From assembly GCA_963701995.1 (NCBI GenBank), contig OY969693.1, forward strand, positions 743,724-807,723: a stretch of DNA of 64,000 nt. Direction: 5' to 3'. Position numbers and translations under genes: made by a program. Shown piece by piece: positions 33,775 through 43,967 of this stretch (positions are counted from its first letter, which is position 1; every line of letters starts with the position of its first letter). This stretch comes from Methanobacteriota archaeon (GTDB taxonomy: Archaea; Halobacteriota; Bog-38; Methanoflorentales; Methanoflorentaceae). The notes beneath the pieces are model-generated. The model saw nothing but the letters and a program-made list of their open reading frames with translations, was not told the DNA's origin and ran no database searches.

Positions 33775-33999
33775 AAGGCGCAGAGCAGGCCCGTCTATGG
33801 CTATGATGACGCGGATGCGCGCGGTCCCGCAACGAGCAGGAGCAGCACTTATAAAACGGGCGCTCTCTCTGCGGTCGAATCGCCAGACGTAAGAGCAGAT
33901 CGCGAAACGGCTGAACGCCGCCGGGATCCTGGGCAAGGGCAGCGGCACGTGGACAGTAATGAGCATCAGGAGGATCTTCCTTAGTCTGTGGGCTGCACG
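33775..33999 (+). pseudogene. remnant of a serine-recombinase (recombinase-domain) gene
   Basis: Frame reads AALIKRALSLRSNRQT-TAA-EQIAKRLNAAGILGKGSGTWTVMSIRRIFLSLW, matching the IAxxLNxxGIxxxxGxxWxxxxVRRIL motif of large serine recombinases; no catalytic N-terminus and an in-frame stop at 33880-33882. Confidence 0.35.
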
Positions 34000-34061
34000 T
34001 CTCCAGTAGACCCCCAGATTGGGCTAAGCTTAAGTGGTTAACACCCAAGCAATAAGATATT

Positions 34062-34502
34062 ATGACTTTTGAAGATTGCGTGAAGTTTGCAAACGAACGA
34101 GTAATCTGTTCAATCGCTACCGTCGACGGCGATCAGCCGCACGTGCGGATGTTTGGGTTGTGGTTTGCCGATAAGGACGGCTTCTACTTCTCGACTCAGA
34201 AGACGGGTAACGTCTACCGACAACTCTCGGTGAATCCTAAACTGGCGTTGTGTTTCTACGCGCCTCCTGAAACTCAATCGGGGCAAGGGCCCACGATGGA
34301 CATGGGGAAGATAATGCGCGCTAAAGGCACAGCTAAGTTCATTGACGACCCATCTTTGAAAGAGCGACTCTTAAGCGAGAGACCGTTTATACGTCCATTT
34401 GCCGAAAATGTTGTCATATTTCGTGTGGAAGGCGGTGAAGCGTGGTTTTGGACGTTTGCCGACAGCGGACGTGAATCAGCGATTGAGCGGGTTAGCTTTT
34501 GA
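34062..34502 (+). CDS. pyridoxamine 5'-phosphate oxidase family (FMN-binding split-barrel) protein
   Basis: 146 aa; ICSIATVDGDQPHVRMFGLWF pattern typical of PNPOx-like proteins. Confidence 0.7.
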   Translation: MTFEDCVKFANERVICSIATVDGDQPHVRMFGLWFADKDGFYFSTQKTGNVYRQLSVNPKLALCFYAPPETQSGQGPTMDMGKIMRAKGTAKFIDDPSLKERLLSERPFIRPFAENVVIFRVEGGEAWFWTFADSGRESAIERVSF

Positions 34503-34639
34503 GGTAAAGCCGTTTGGCAAGAGGGGCGTGATAGACAGCGGAAAACCATTATCAACGTAAATGATTGGGTTTAAACAGAGACTTTTAAGAACAAAAGCAT
34601 AGTTCTGGGGTCATTCTGCTTCACTGTCACACAAAGGAG

Positions 34640-35137
34640 GTGTTCAACAAAATGACAAAAAATGGTCTTATCAATATTTCCGCAGAGCCAGGAGGACGAG
34701 AGATCGTTATCATTTCAGTCTTCGACGCGCCGCGCGAGCACGTGTTCAGGGCGTACACCGATCCGAATCTTATACCGCAATGGTGGGGTCTGAGAGAGCA
34801 CACTACCACTGTTGATACAATGGACGTGAGACCAGGCGGGGTTTGGCGATTGGTCTCGCGCGACCCCGACGGGAATGAGTTCGCCTTCAAAGGCGTATAT
34901 CACGCCGTAGTGCCCCCCGAGCGGCTTGTCCGAACGTCTGAATTCGAAGGCATGCCCGGTCACGTATCGCTTGAAACGGCGACCTTCGAAGAGCAAGACG
35001 TCAAGACAACGGTGACTGCAATAGCCGTTTTCCAGACCGTTGAAGATCGCGACAGGATGCTCCAGTCGGGAATGGAGGCAGGGGTGGCTGAGACTACAGA
35101 TCGTCTTGTCGAACTTCTGCAAAACCTGAAGCGGTAA
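34640..35137 (+). CDS. SRPBCC-family protein (AHSA1 / Aha1-like)
   Basis: 165 aa; FDAPREHVFRAYTDP...WWG motif characteristic of the family. Confidence 0.7.
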   Translation: MFNKMTKNGLINISAEPGGREIVIISVFDAPREHVFRAYTDPNLIPQWWGLREHTTTVDTMDVRPGGVWRLVSRDPDGNEFAFKGVYHAVVPPERLVRTSEFEGMPGHVSLETATFEEQDVKTTVTAIAVFQTVEDRDRMLQSGMEAGVAETTDRLVELLQNLKR

Positions 35138-35380
35138 AGAAAAAGAAAGGTTGATTCGCGCGCGAGTATTCTGAACTTCACCAAGTATAGGTGCGCGATC
35201 GTTCTCCATATCGGCTAGTATCACAGATATCACCGATCCGGCGTACTCGCATCCGCGTGTAGCCTAGGACGATTTTATAACTATATTATGGTGAACCGGC
35301 ATACGCGGTGACGAATTGCCCCACATCGGGCCCTGCGATCTCGAGCGCAAGACATCCAGATCGTAAGGCAACAGCAAACT

Positions 35381-35920
35381 ATGAAACGAAGTGTGTTCGG
35401 GTTAATCGTCTTGTTATTGACTGCTACGGTGCTTACTGCGGTGGTTATCACAAACTTTCCTCATTCGTCAAAGCCCGATTACAGCGCCGATTTTGCGAGA
35501 AGTATCGGAGGCACAGGGTGGGCCCCCATAAATCCGATATCACAGATAGCCGACAATGTGTACTCGGGGTCGTATAGAGCAAGCAGCGGCAATAGCAGCG
35601 GAAATGGAAGCCTTACACTCACGGTGACGATCGAGATTGCACAGTCCGAAGCTGCGGCAAAAGAACGATATGGACATTTAGTGCTCCAAAAAAAGAATGA
35701 CGGGTATACAAGTGGGGAGGGCAACCTTGGGAACTCCACCATATGGGGGGACACGACAGCGTCGTGGTTTGGGTATAAAACCAACAGCCCCGTAAATGCA
35801 TCGACGAGTGCATCGACGAGTGCATCGACGTATACCTTCTTGTGCGCCTTCGATAAAGAGATTAATAACTGGGTTGTCGTAACTGAAACCACAGATACGA
35901 TCGGTCAAAACCTCAGCTGA
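35381..35920 (+). CDS. secreted/membrane-anchored hypothetical protein with an internal ASTSASTSAST repeat
   Basis: 179 aa with an N-terminal signal/anchor (LIVLLLTATVLTAVVI); contains a 12-nt tandem repeat at 35798-35830. Confidence 0.5.
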   Translation: MKRSVFGLIVLLLTATVLTAVVITNFPHSSKPDYSADFARSIGGTGWAPINPISQIADNVYSGSYRASSGNSSGNGSLTLTVTIEIAQSEAAAKERYGHLVLQKKNDGYTSGEGNLGNSTIWGDTTASWFGYKTNSPVNASTSASTSASTYTFLCAFDKEINNWVVVTETTDTIGQNLS

Positions 35921-36179
35921 TCTAATTTTACCGTCTTTGTCCGGCCGCAACCCTTTTTTTGAATGAAATCGCTGCAAAAAATTTGCTACGCCACCCGAAA
36001 CAGAGAGTAATTTCGAAACTGCGATAAAATAATGCCTATGGAGGGTTGGTTGCTCGAAATTAGCGATGCGCTGTCGATTGTGAAACTGGTTTTGTAAACG
36101 CGTTCGATTCGTCGTTTTTCATAACATTTAAGCTCTGTCGTGCTGCCTACTAAACGGCTTACTTCATAGGAGGTGAAAG

Positions 36180-36431
36180 ATGGCACAGGAACCGCTAACG
36201 CACCCGCAGCGACCGGCAAAAAAACGAGCGGCACAACAATTCCCTTTGTGGATAATGTACGTCTCTATCGCCGTGGTTTTCGGATGGCTTCTCTTTATAG
36301 CATTCTGGCTTTTCTACTATGCCAGCAGTTTTAGCATTCTCCAAAACATCGCTATTTTCCTGCTCTCTCTCGTCGTCGCTTTGATAATTGAAACGATCCT
36401 CTGGGTTCCGTGGAGCATGAAACGCGCCTGA
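36180..36431 (+). CDS. small membrane protein
   Basis: 83 aa with two hydrophobic helices. Confidence 0.4.
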   Translation: MAQEPLTHPQRPAKKRAAQQFPLWIMYVSIAVVFGWLLFIAFWLFYYASSFSILQNIAIFLLSLVVALIIETILWVPWSMKRA

Positions 36432-36546
36432 AAACAGCAATTGCGCATGGTCCGCAAGACGGTATCGGGTGAGCGATGGCGCATTACCGTTGCTCGTCTT
36501 CACGCTGGGTTGCGCAGCTTCGGCAGAAGAACGGAGCTGAGAGAAC

Positions 36547-37251
36547 TCACGACGAGTCGAGCAACTGCACCAACTGAGCAACGTTGCGCTCTTGTGTGAC
36601 AAATCGCGGCGGTATGCTTCTTTGAATGAATCCGGATATCCCGAGCAGCTCTTCCATATCAGATGACAGTGCGTACGTTGGCCGCCCGCTCGTGTCGGGT
36701 TTCTTCTGGCTAATCAGCCGCGCGTGGTGTAACAGTCTGCTGTTGCTACTGCCCACGACGATCACAAGGTTCTCGAAGGCGTATCCGCGCTTGACGTGGG
36801 CGTTGTATGGATAGCGCTGGCGACACGCGGCTCGCTCAGACGCTGACAACCAGTTGAAATCGATCGTATGATCGATCGTGAAATAGCCGACGAAGTACAG
36901 CGCTTCGGGATACTCAGCGTTGTCGTGATTAAACGGTTTTAATCCCGCGTAAAAAACGAGCAGGTCCTCTTCACCCAACTCAAGGAGATACCGACGTTTT
37001 GCCGTAGCGTCACCATAGGTGCACGTCTCGAACTCTGGATCATCGTGCATTGGCACGTGCCTGAGCGCTGGTGGCACGTACGTCGACAGCGGTTTCCCAT
37101 TCCTGCCGATTCGTTCGCCGTAAGTCGTAGCAGTGCACGATCGATACGTCTCCGGAATGGGAACGAATTCGAACGATCCGCCCTCAAAAATTGGACCATA
37201 GGTTCCGCCGCTTCCCTTATCGATGCCGACGCGCAGCAGTAGTGCTTTCAT
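36547..37251 (-). CDS. uncharacterised conserved protein (possibly Nmad3-like, unverified)
   Basis: 234 aa starting MKALLLRVGIDKGSGGTYGPIFEGGSFEFVPIPE; the start is the internal Met of the longer track ORF. The family suggestion is from memory and needs a search. Confidence 0.5.
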   Translation of the reverse strand: MKALLLRVGIDKGSGGTYGPIFEGGSFEFVPIPETYRSCTATTYGERIGRNGKPLSTYVPPALRHVPMHDDPEFETCTYGDATAKRRYLLELGEEDLLVFYAGLKPFNHDNAEYPEALYFVGYFTIDHTIDFNWLSASERAACRQRYPYNAHVKRGYAFENLVIVVGSSNSRLLHHARLISQKKPDTSGRPTYALSSDMEELLGISGFIQRSIPPRFVTQERNVAQLVQLLDSS

Positions 37252-37948
37252 TGTTTTAGGCCCCGAGAGTTCAGGTCTGAAGCACGCAATGGCAAGCTGC
37301 GCTCGGCGTGTATTTGCAAGAGCCCCGCTGCATCGCTGCAAAGCGTGCCATCAGCGTGCCGTTGAAGAAACGAGAGTCCCTTTCGGCAATTCGGGCAGAA
37401 GTTAGGCATTTCGTATGCAATTTCGCAGCGAGCGATAAATACATTTGTCACGTCGGCGGCATCGTGACTCAATTGAGACTGCTTGCACCGCAACTTGCGC
37501 GAAGTCACCTCGCTATGGTGTTGATGCTAGCACCTTGCGTGGCTCGCGTGCGAATCCTCACCAGCTCCTCGTTGGTCTTGAGGGTCTCGGGTACCTCAGA
37601 CGAACGGGGCGTCCCTCTTTGCACAGCAGGCGCTTGTGAACGAAATCAGGTCAAGCGTGTAGCATACAGTGGTGTCCCTTGTTCGGAGTCCCGAGAGCGG
37701 AGGAAGCCCCTATGCCTGGCCTAGGGACTCTCTGAAGGAAATCTATTCCATGATTTCGCCGTCCTTTTTCCGAGCGTGAGCGACCGCGCTATCTAGAATA
37801 GGCAGGGATCACGCCAGTAAGCAGAGCCCAAAGATCCGTTTAGGTGCAACTATACAAAAACCGGCACTCGGGCTACATCTGTTGACCCGCTTTTATTAAG
37901 CCCCTCGATATAAAATAGAGAAGAAAAATAACGGTTTATGATTAAGGG

Positions 37949-38587
37949 GTGACTATGGATTTAGAAAAAGCAACTTCTTACATTGACGCTCTATACGAAA
38001 AAAGGGGGTTCAGTAAAAAAGGATACATTGAGGCTACGGAGTTACAGGAATTCGGAACCGTAGTGGATGATGACGTGTCGAGGATGCTTTATGTCTTAAC
38101 TCGACTGACGCGTGCACGAAGGATTTTAGAAATTGGAACTAGTATAGGATATTCAACAGTGTCAATAGCTAATGCTGTGAAAGGATATGACGGCAAAATC
38201 CTTACTATTGAGTGTGAGCAACACGTTGCACAGCAAGCGATGAAGCATTTTGAACGTGCTGGGGTTGCACGGAACATTGAAGTGAAAATTGGTGATGCAC
38301 GCGAAATAGTTCCCCGAATTCGAGAACACTTTGATTTAATATTTCAAGATGTTGGTGATAAAGAGCTGTACCCTTTGTTATTTGACGATTGCATTCGTCT
38401 TTTAAGACCTGGCGGACTCCTTTTGGCAGAAGACACGCTGTTTCCTGTTATGGGGCTGGATAGCAAGGGGACTCGTTTCGTTGCACCCATACAAAAGTTT
38501 AATGAAATGGTTGTCGATAGCTCCTTTTTAGAGAGTACGATACTACCAATAGGCGACGGATTAACCATAGCTGTAAAGATGAGCTAG
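37949..38587 (+). CDS. class I SAM-dependent O-methyltransferase (caffeoyl-CoA OMT-like)
   Basis: 212 aa; ILEIGTSIGYSTV motif I and DLIFQD acidic motif; sits in a low-GC island; GTG start. Confidence 0.85.
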   Translation: MTMDLEKATSYIDALYEKRGFSKKGYIEATELQEFGTVVDDDVSRMLYVLTRLTRARRILEIGTSIGYSTVSIANAVKGYDGKILTIECEQHVAQQAMKHFERAGVARNIEVKIGDAREIVPRIREHFDLIFQDVGDKELYPLLFDDCIRLLRPGGLLLAEDTLFPVMGLDSKGTRFVAPIQKFNEMVVDSSFLESTILPIGDGLTIAVKMS

Positions 38588-38904
38588 TGAGTGTTTTTTA
38601 TACAATACTATTCCCCGAAAACTGTGTTACACAAAAAATCCTCAGAAGATTGCTCATATAGCCTCTAAGAATCGCAGGTGGCTTTCCTTTCATTCTAATA
38701 CTCTACTTTATGCACCAGATAAGATCGACAAGATTCCATTATCATTGCTCGCTGGTGTGGGTACCGCGGCAAGTCTCAATACTGTTCTTTCCCGTTACTA
38801 CATTGAGGCTTACGACTCTCCTTTAACAGCCGCATGGCTACGAGATTGCGCGATTCGAGCTGGATGGCGAAACGAAATACTCAAAGAACTCTGAAGGACA
38901 CAAA

Positions 38905-40401
38905 ATGACACTCGAGGAGAACACTGATTCGCGCATCGGCTACGAGTGGATTGCGCTTTCCGTAACGACCATTGGCGTGTTGATGGCGTCGATCGATGGG
39001 TCAGCCGTGATCATCGCGCTGCCCACGATCTTAGCGGACCTGCAGGCGAGTTTTATCACCATGATGTGGGTACTCTTAGGGTACCTGCTTATCGTCGCGG
39101 CCATCGTACCCGTGGTAGGCAGGCTCGCGGACATACTGGGACGTAAGAACCTCTACAACATCGGCTTTGTCATCTTCACCGTCGGGTCGCTGCTATGCGG
39201 GCTATCGCTCCCGCAGTTCCATGGCGTTGACTTGTTGGTGTACCGCATGATACAGGGCGTCGGCGGCGCACTGCTCATGACGAACAGCGTCGTGATCGTC
39301 ACCGACGCCTTTCGCAAGGGGAACATCGGCTTCGCCCTCGGCGTGAACGGGGTCGCGTTTTCCGCGGGGTTCCTCCTCGGCCCGCTCGTCGGCGGCGTAC
39401 TCACCGCAATTTCGTGGCGGCTCGTGTTTCTCGTGAACGTGCCCATTGGCATTTTTGGCACGATTTATGGGGTGTACAAGCTCAGAGAACCGGTCGTTCC
39501 GCTTGCGGATCAGATCTTTGATTGGGCCGGAGCTATTACGTTTACGACGGGGCTGACGGCACTCTTGCTCGCCGTGTCGCTCTATGCGTTTCCCATCACT
39601 GGCGCGTGGGTCGTGTACGTTCTGTGCGTGGTCACAGTGGTCTCGCTCGCAGCGTTCATCTTCGTCGAAGGACGCGTCCCTCAGCCGATGCTGAACCTTC
39701 ACCTCCTCTCGAACCGCGTCTTCACGTACGCCACCGCGGCGAGTGGGCTCAGTGGCCTGGCTCGCGGTGCCGTGCTCTTCGTTCTCATCTTCTTCTTGCA
39801 GGGGCCCTACGGAGCAGACCCTCTCACGGCAGGCATTCTCTTGACGCCTTTTGGCGCTGCGCTGTTGGTCACTGCGCCGATTTCAGGACGCCTGTCTGAC
39901 CGCTATGGGGCACGGTACCTCGCCACCGGCGGACTCCTTATCGACGCTGGGGCGCTCATCGGGATGGCCACTATCGTGAGCACGACGCCCTATTGGGTGG
40001 TGGCCGTCTTAATGGCGCTCATAGGGGCTGGGTCGGGCATCTTCTGGTCGCCAAATACGAACGCGGCGATGAGTGCTGTGGAGCCGAACGAGCGTGGCGC
40101 GGCGTCTGGCATCCGGACGATGGTCCAGAATACCGGTCAGATGCTCGCCATCGCGATCGCATTCCCCCTCGTCCTCAGCAAGCTTCCTGAAGCGGTCTTG
40201 TACCACGTCTTTCTGTACGGCGGGGGGTTGAGCAGCGATCCACTGGTCTTGGCAGCGTTTGAGCTCGGCATGCACCAGGCATTTCTCGTGTCAGCGGCCA
40301 TCTCTGCGTTGGCCGCGATCATCTCGTTTATGCGGCCGAAACAAGCACCGCACGACGCTACGGCGGCTACGCCTACAAACGACACTACCCAACCACCCTG
40401 A
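38905..40401 (+). CDS. MFS transporter
   Basis: 498 aa, about 14 transmembrane segments; MFS motif-A-like GRLADILGRK. Confidence 0.9.
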   Translation: MTLEENTDSRIGYEWIALSVTTIGVLMASIDGSAVIIALPTILADLQASFITMMWVLLGYLLIVAAIVPVVGRLADILGRKNLYNIGFVIFTVGSLLCGLSLPQFHGVDLLVYRMIQGVGGALLMTNSVVIVTDAFRKGNIGFALGVNGVAFSAGFLLGPLVGGVLTAISWRLVFLVNVPIGIFGTIYGVYKLREPVVPLADQIFDWAGAITFTTGLTALLLAVSLYAFPITGAWVVYVLCVVTVVSLAAFIFVEGRVPQPMLNLHLLSNRVFTYATAASGLSGLARGAVLFVLIFFLQGPYGADPLTAGILLTPFGAALLVTAPISGRLSDRYGARYLATGGLLIDAGALIGMATIVSTTPYWVVAVLMALIGAGSGIFWSPNTNAAMSAVEPNERGAASGIRTMVQNTGQMLAIAIAFPLVLSKLPEAVLYHVFLYGGGLSSDPLVLAAFELGMHQAFLVSAAISALAAIISFMRPKQAPHDATAATPTNDTTQPP

Positions 40402-40756
40402 GCCAGTTTATCAGCTTACCGGAGCGCTTTTCATTTCGCCAAAAGGAAGCCAGATCGGGCGTCTTTCTAGGGACGCGGCAGCAACCTCCGTTGCACGTGT
40501 AACTGGGCTTCCAACCATGGCCGCAGTTGCCGTCGAGGATTTCTAATTCCGGAGACCATCAGGATTGACCTCGTGAAGCAGCGATTTGGTCGTTCGTATA
40601 GCCCCGCCACATACACACGTATTACGGCGGCCCCATCATTTGACAAAATGCACGTTTTTTGACAAGTATGCTATCCCAAAAAGAGACATTTTGCGCCTCA
40701 GCCACTGATAGCATCCCGAACCACAAAATAATTTTCGCGCGTAAGCGATCAGAAAG

Positions 40757-41206
40757 TTATGTGCCCTCTTTGACTGTCCTAGCTGTCCGCACGTAGGCAG
40801 CCAACAAGACGATCGTGATAAGCGGCACAATAATATCATCGTAAAGAGCTCCGCCAGCGTTACCAGCGGCATAATTGCCGTGCACAATGATATCCATAAT
40901 GTGCCCATAGGCTGCCCCCCACAGAAATATCGTCGTCGCTATGACCGTTGCCACCCAGTAGTTGCCTCTGAGCCAAATACAGGTGATGCCCAGAATCCCG
41001 ATGGCAAGGTTGGCAAAGCCGACTTCTTGCTGGAATGGACTTCCTGTCGCCCATCCGATATTGGTCGCGACGCTATCAGCAAAAAAGACGTGTCCAACAA
41101 AGCCGATAAGAGAAGCGATCCCGACGCTGATCACTAAGAAGGAGAGCAGAAACACCTCTATCACGCGGTGCCGCGTCCGAGGCTGCTTGTCAACGAGAAG
41201 GTACAC
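40757..41206 (-). CDS. membrane protein (hypothetical)
   Basis: 149 aa, four hydrophobic helices. Confidence 0.5.
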   Translation of the reverse strand: MYLLVDKQPRTRHRVIEVFLLSFLVISVGIASLIGFVGHVFFADSVATNIGWATGSPFQQEVGFANLAIGILGITCIWLRGNYWVATVIATTIFLWGAAYGHIMDIIVHGNYAAGNAGGALYDDIIVPLITIVLLAAYVRTARTVKEGT

Positions 41207-41455
41207 GATCGCAACGACAATGCTGAGCAGGATGTAGAGGTATGCTGTGTCGAAATTGGCCGTTTGATCACCTTTGAGCGTGTTATGCAGTCTGGAGCAT
41301 GAGTTCCTCGTTTATGATCCTGCCGTTTTGTAATAGTGAGCAACTGGTGACCCTGCGGCTCCCTGCGCCAAAGGTTGGGTTTTGGAGCCGGATTTTTGGC
41401 GGCGGTAGAAAAAAGGAAGAGTAAGGCCATCGCATGGGGAGAGAGGGACAAAAAA

Positions 41456-41854
41456 ATGGAACGATATAAGCTTTCATCAGACTCCACGAGCAGCGATTTT
41501 ATCCCAATCGCATTGGCAGTTCACGCCATATTAGGCGGCCTGCCCGTCACGATACGAAGCCAGAACCATCCGGGTGTTCAAATTGAAGACGGCAAAGTGA
41601 AAAGTAGGAACTACACGGGTCCTATACTTGAAAGAGTTCTCGCCGAGAACATTGTGATAAGGACGCGACCGCAAGCGGGAGAATACATAAATGTACCAGT
41701 TATAGTTGCCCCCATACAGGACAGCTCAGGTTCGGCACTAGCCGCCATTGGCGTTGTCGATATAACTGGAATATTCGACCTAGCAGATCTCATGAGCCAA
41801 CAATCGCAGATGATCAGCCAAATGCGTTATTGCGCCGTGCCTGCGAGCAAGTAA
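41456..41854 (+). CDS. DUF2111-like archaeal protein
   Basis: Start placed at the internal ATG (MERYKLSS); the track ORF starts at 41375. Family call from recall. Confidence 0.4.
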   Translation: MERYKLSSDSTSSDFIPIALAVHAILGGLPVTIRSQNHPGVQIEDGKVKSRNYTGPILERVLAENIVIRTRPQAGEYINVPVIVAPIQDSSGSALAAIGVVDITGIFDLADLMSQQSQMISQMRYCAVPASK

Positions 41855-41906
41855 GGGGACTCGGAGGGATCGATATCGAAGAAATATGGATTGAGAATTT
41901 GGGTCA

Positions 41907-42185
41907 CTACTCGGCGGCGCCGTGAATACAATAGTAGCCCGTAGTCAGCGCGTACGCTATGTAGACGGGGCACTTCCTGCAGCCGCATCCCAGCATTTCA
42001 GGAGGCTTTTTGCTCTTGCCGGTTGCGCAATGGGCCCACCCGCTGCACCGGGTATGCTTGAACGTCGGGCAAGTTGTGCAGCAGAGACATCTCACCACGT
42101 TTTCTGATGTCGTCGGAACCTTCACGAAAATCCCCTCATGAAGTGGACTAGGCTCGTACAATAGCCCCTCGACGTTCTCCCTCAA
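41907..42185 (-). CDS. Cys-rich small protein (DUF2769-like)
   Basis: 92 aa with clustered Cys (CLCCTTCPTF, CSGWAHC, CGCRKC). Confidence 0.45.
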   Translation of the reverse strand: MRENVEGLLYEPSPLHEGIFVKVPTTSENVVRCLCCTTCPTFKHTRCSGWAHCATGKSKKPPEMLGCGCRKCPVYIAYALTTGYYCIHGAAE

Positions 42186-42345
42186 TCGCTAGAAGCAACG
42201 GCAATATTTGGAAATGACCAGAACCTAATAAACGTTCTTCCCCCGTTCCTGTTTGGGCTTCTTTTCTTGACTATCATTGTAGGATTTGCGTTCGACCTTG
42301 AACTGACAAGTGCCGAAGGACTATCTAACGTCAGAATAAGCGGAT

Positions 42346-42390
42346 GACTAGCGCCAAAAAGCCTCAAAAGTACAAGCTTTATCCTGCGAA
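42346..42390. repeat. short dispersed repeat R5 (45 bp), copy 1
   Basis: GACTAGCGCCAAAAAGCCTCAAAAGTACAAGCTTTATCCTGCGAA; about 87% identical to 55202-55246. Confidence 0.5.
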
Positions 42391-42524
42391 ACCGCAGTCT
42401 TGAGGACAGTAGGAATATGCCTCCTTAGTCACCTATTCGTGGGAAGCGAAATGGCTTTCGTCAAATGTATGGGCCGATGCGGTATCCGCCCGGCTAGAAG
42501 CAGGAAACCGGAGCCATAGGTTAC

Positions 42525-43347
42525 TCAGCCCTTAATAAAGGCGAGCAAGTCGGCGTTCAACTGATCTTGGCAGATGGTGGGCAGACCGTGCGGTGCGCCC
42601 GGATAAACCTTCAATGTCGCCTGCGGCGCGATTTCGACAGTACGCAACGCTGCGGCTTGAATTGGCACTATTTGGTCATCGTCGCCGTGCACGACCAACG
42701 TAGGTATGGTCATCTTTTTCAAATCTTCGGTAAAATCGGTCTCGGAAAATTGCTTGATGCAATCGTACACGCCAGCCATCCCCGCCAACATTCCTTGCAG
42801 CCAGAAGGATTCGCGCACGCCCTCAGATACCTTGGCACCTTGTCGGTTATAGCCATAAAACGGCAGCGTAAAGTCCTTGAAAAACTGCGCGCGGTTGTCA
42901 AACACTTGTTTCCGAATGTCGTCAAACACAGCGAGCGGCGTGCCCTTGGGATTGGCTGCAGTTTTGAGCATCAGAGGCGGGACCGCGCTGACAAGCACTG
43001 CCTTGGCGACGCGGGATGTGCCGTGCCGTCCGATGTAGCGAGCGACTTCGCCGCCGCCCGTGGAGTGACCGATCATCACCATCTCGCGCAGGTTTAGCGC
43101 GTTGATAAGATCGGCAAGATCATCCGCATATTGGTCCATCGTATTGCCGTCCCAAGTCTGTTCCGAACGTCCATGACTGCGGCGGTCATGGGCAATCACG
43201 CGATAGCCCTTTTGCGTCAGAAACAGCATCTGGGCGTCCCAAGCGTCGGCACTGAGTGGCCAACCGTGACTAAACACTACGGGCTGTCCGTCGCCCCCAG
43301 TCCTTGTAATAGATCTGCGTGCCGTCTTTGGTTTTAATTGTGCGCAT
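42525..43347 (-). CDS. alpha/beta hydrolase (non-heme chloroperoxidase/arylesterase-like), frameshifted near the N-terminus
   Basis: Body (from 43277) matches the classical [19 protein letters not shown]...[17 protein letters not shown] family; the true N-terminus [18 protein letters not shown] starts at 43347 and is out of frame across a C5 run at 43294-43298. Confidence 0.85.
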
Positions 43348-43720
43348 CTTTTCTCTCCGTGAAATGACGAACAGTTATATTTTCTTTACACGATCTCTAA
43401 TTCGTTAATTCGACGTTTTGCTAGAGCCAAAACGTTGAAATCGCGTTCGCTGATTTTTGTCGTTGCTTGAACATACCAAGCCCAATTTTATTTACATCTT
43501 TTCCGCTGAAAGCGTGCAAGATGATCGCCGCCGACCGTGTCGGCATTGTAGTCACCGAGGAGCGTTCCGCCAGGTGAGACCAAATGATATGCAGGCCGCG
43601 ACGTTTTGGGCCGCCTGCAGCCCGGATCATCAGCACTGGCTGTCCCTGTCCGCGCACTTCGAAATATATTTGAGAATTGCGTTCTGCGTCGTCTTAAAGG
43701 CTTTAATACGCTAAATTTGT

Positions 43721-43967
43721 CGTCTCAAGGGAAACCGCCGTAACGTACTAAATTTGTAATAAAGCTTCAAATAGGTTTTTTGGTTATACTATTGTTGCCT
43801 CGGTTTAGCATTTCTAAGGCTGTGAAACCGCTCCGGTTCCATGGGTCGATGCTTGGTCCAAATAAGTTCGTGTGACTTTTTTAGAAGTACGCGGGGTGGT
43901 TAACAGCCTTAGTTGCCTCTTGTTCTTCTTTCAACACCTAAACTCGCAGCTTACGATCATCGTAAGA
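43721..43967. repeat. repeat family R2, copy 1 (about 245 bp) directly upstream of the small-protein leader
   Basis: About 95% identical to 60127-60370; no frame-conserved ORF between copies; contains a 10-bp inverted repeat pair (43814-43829 and 43898-43912). Confidence 0.65.
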
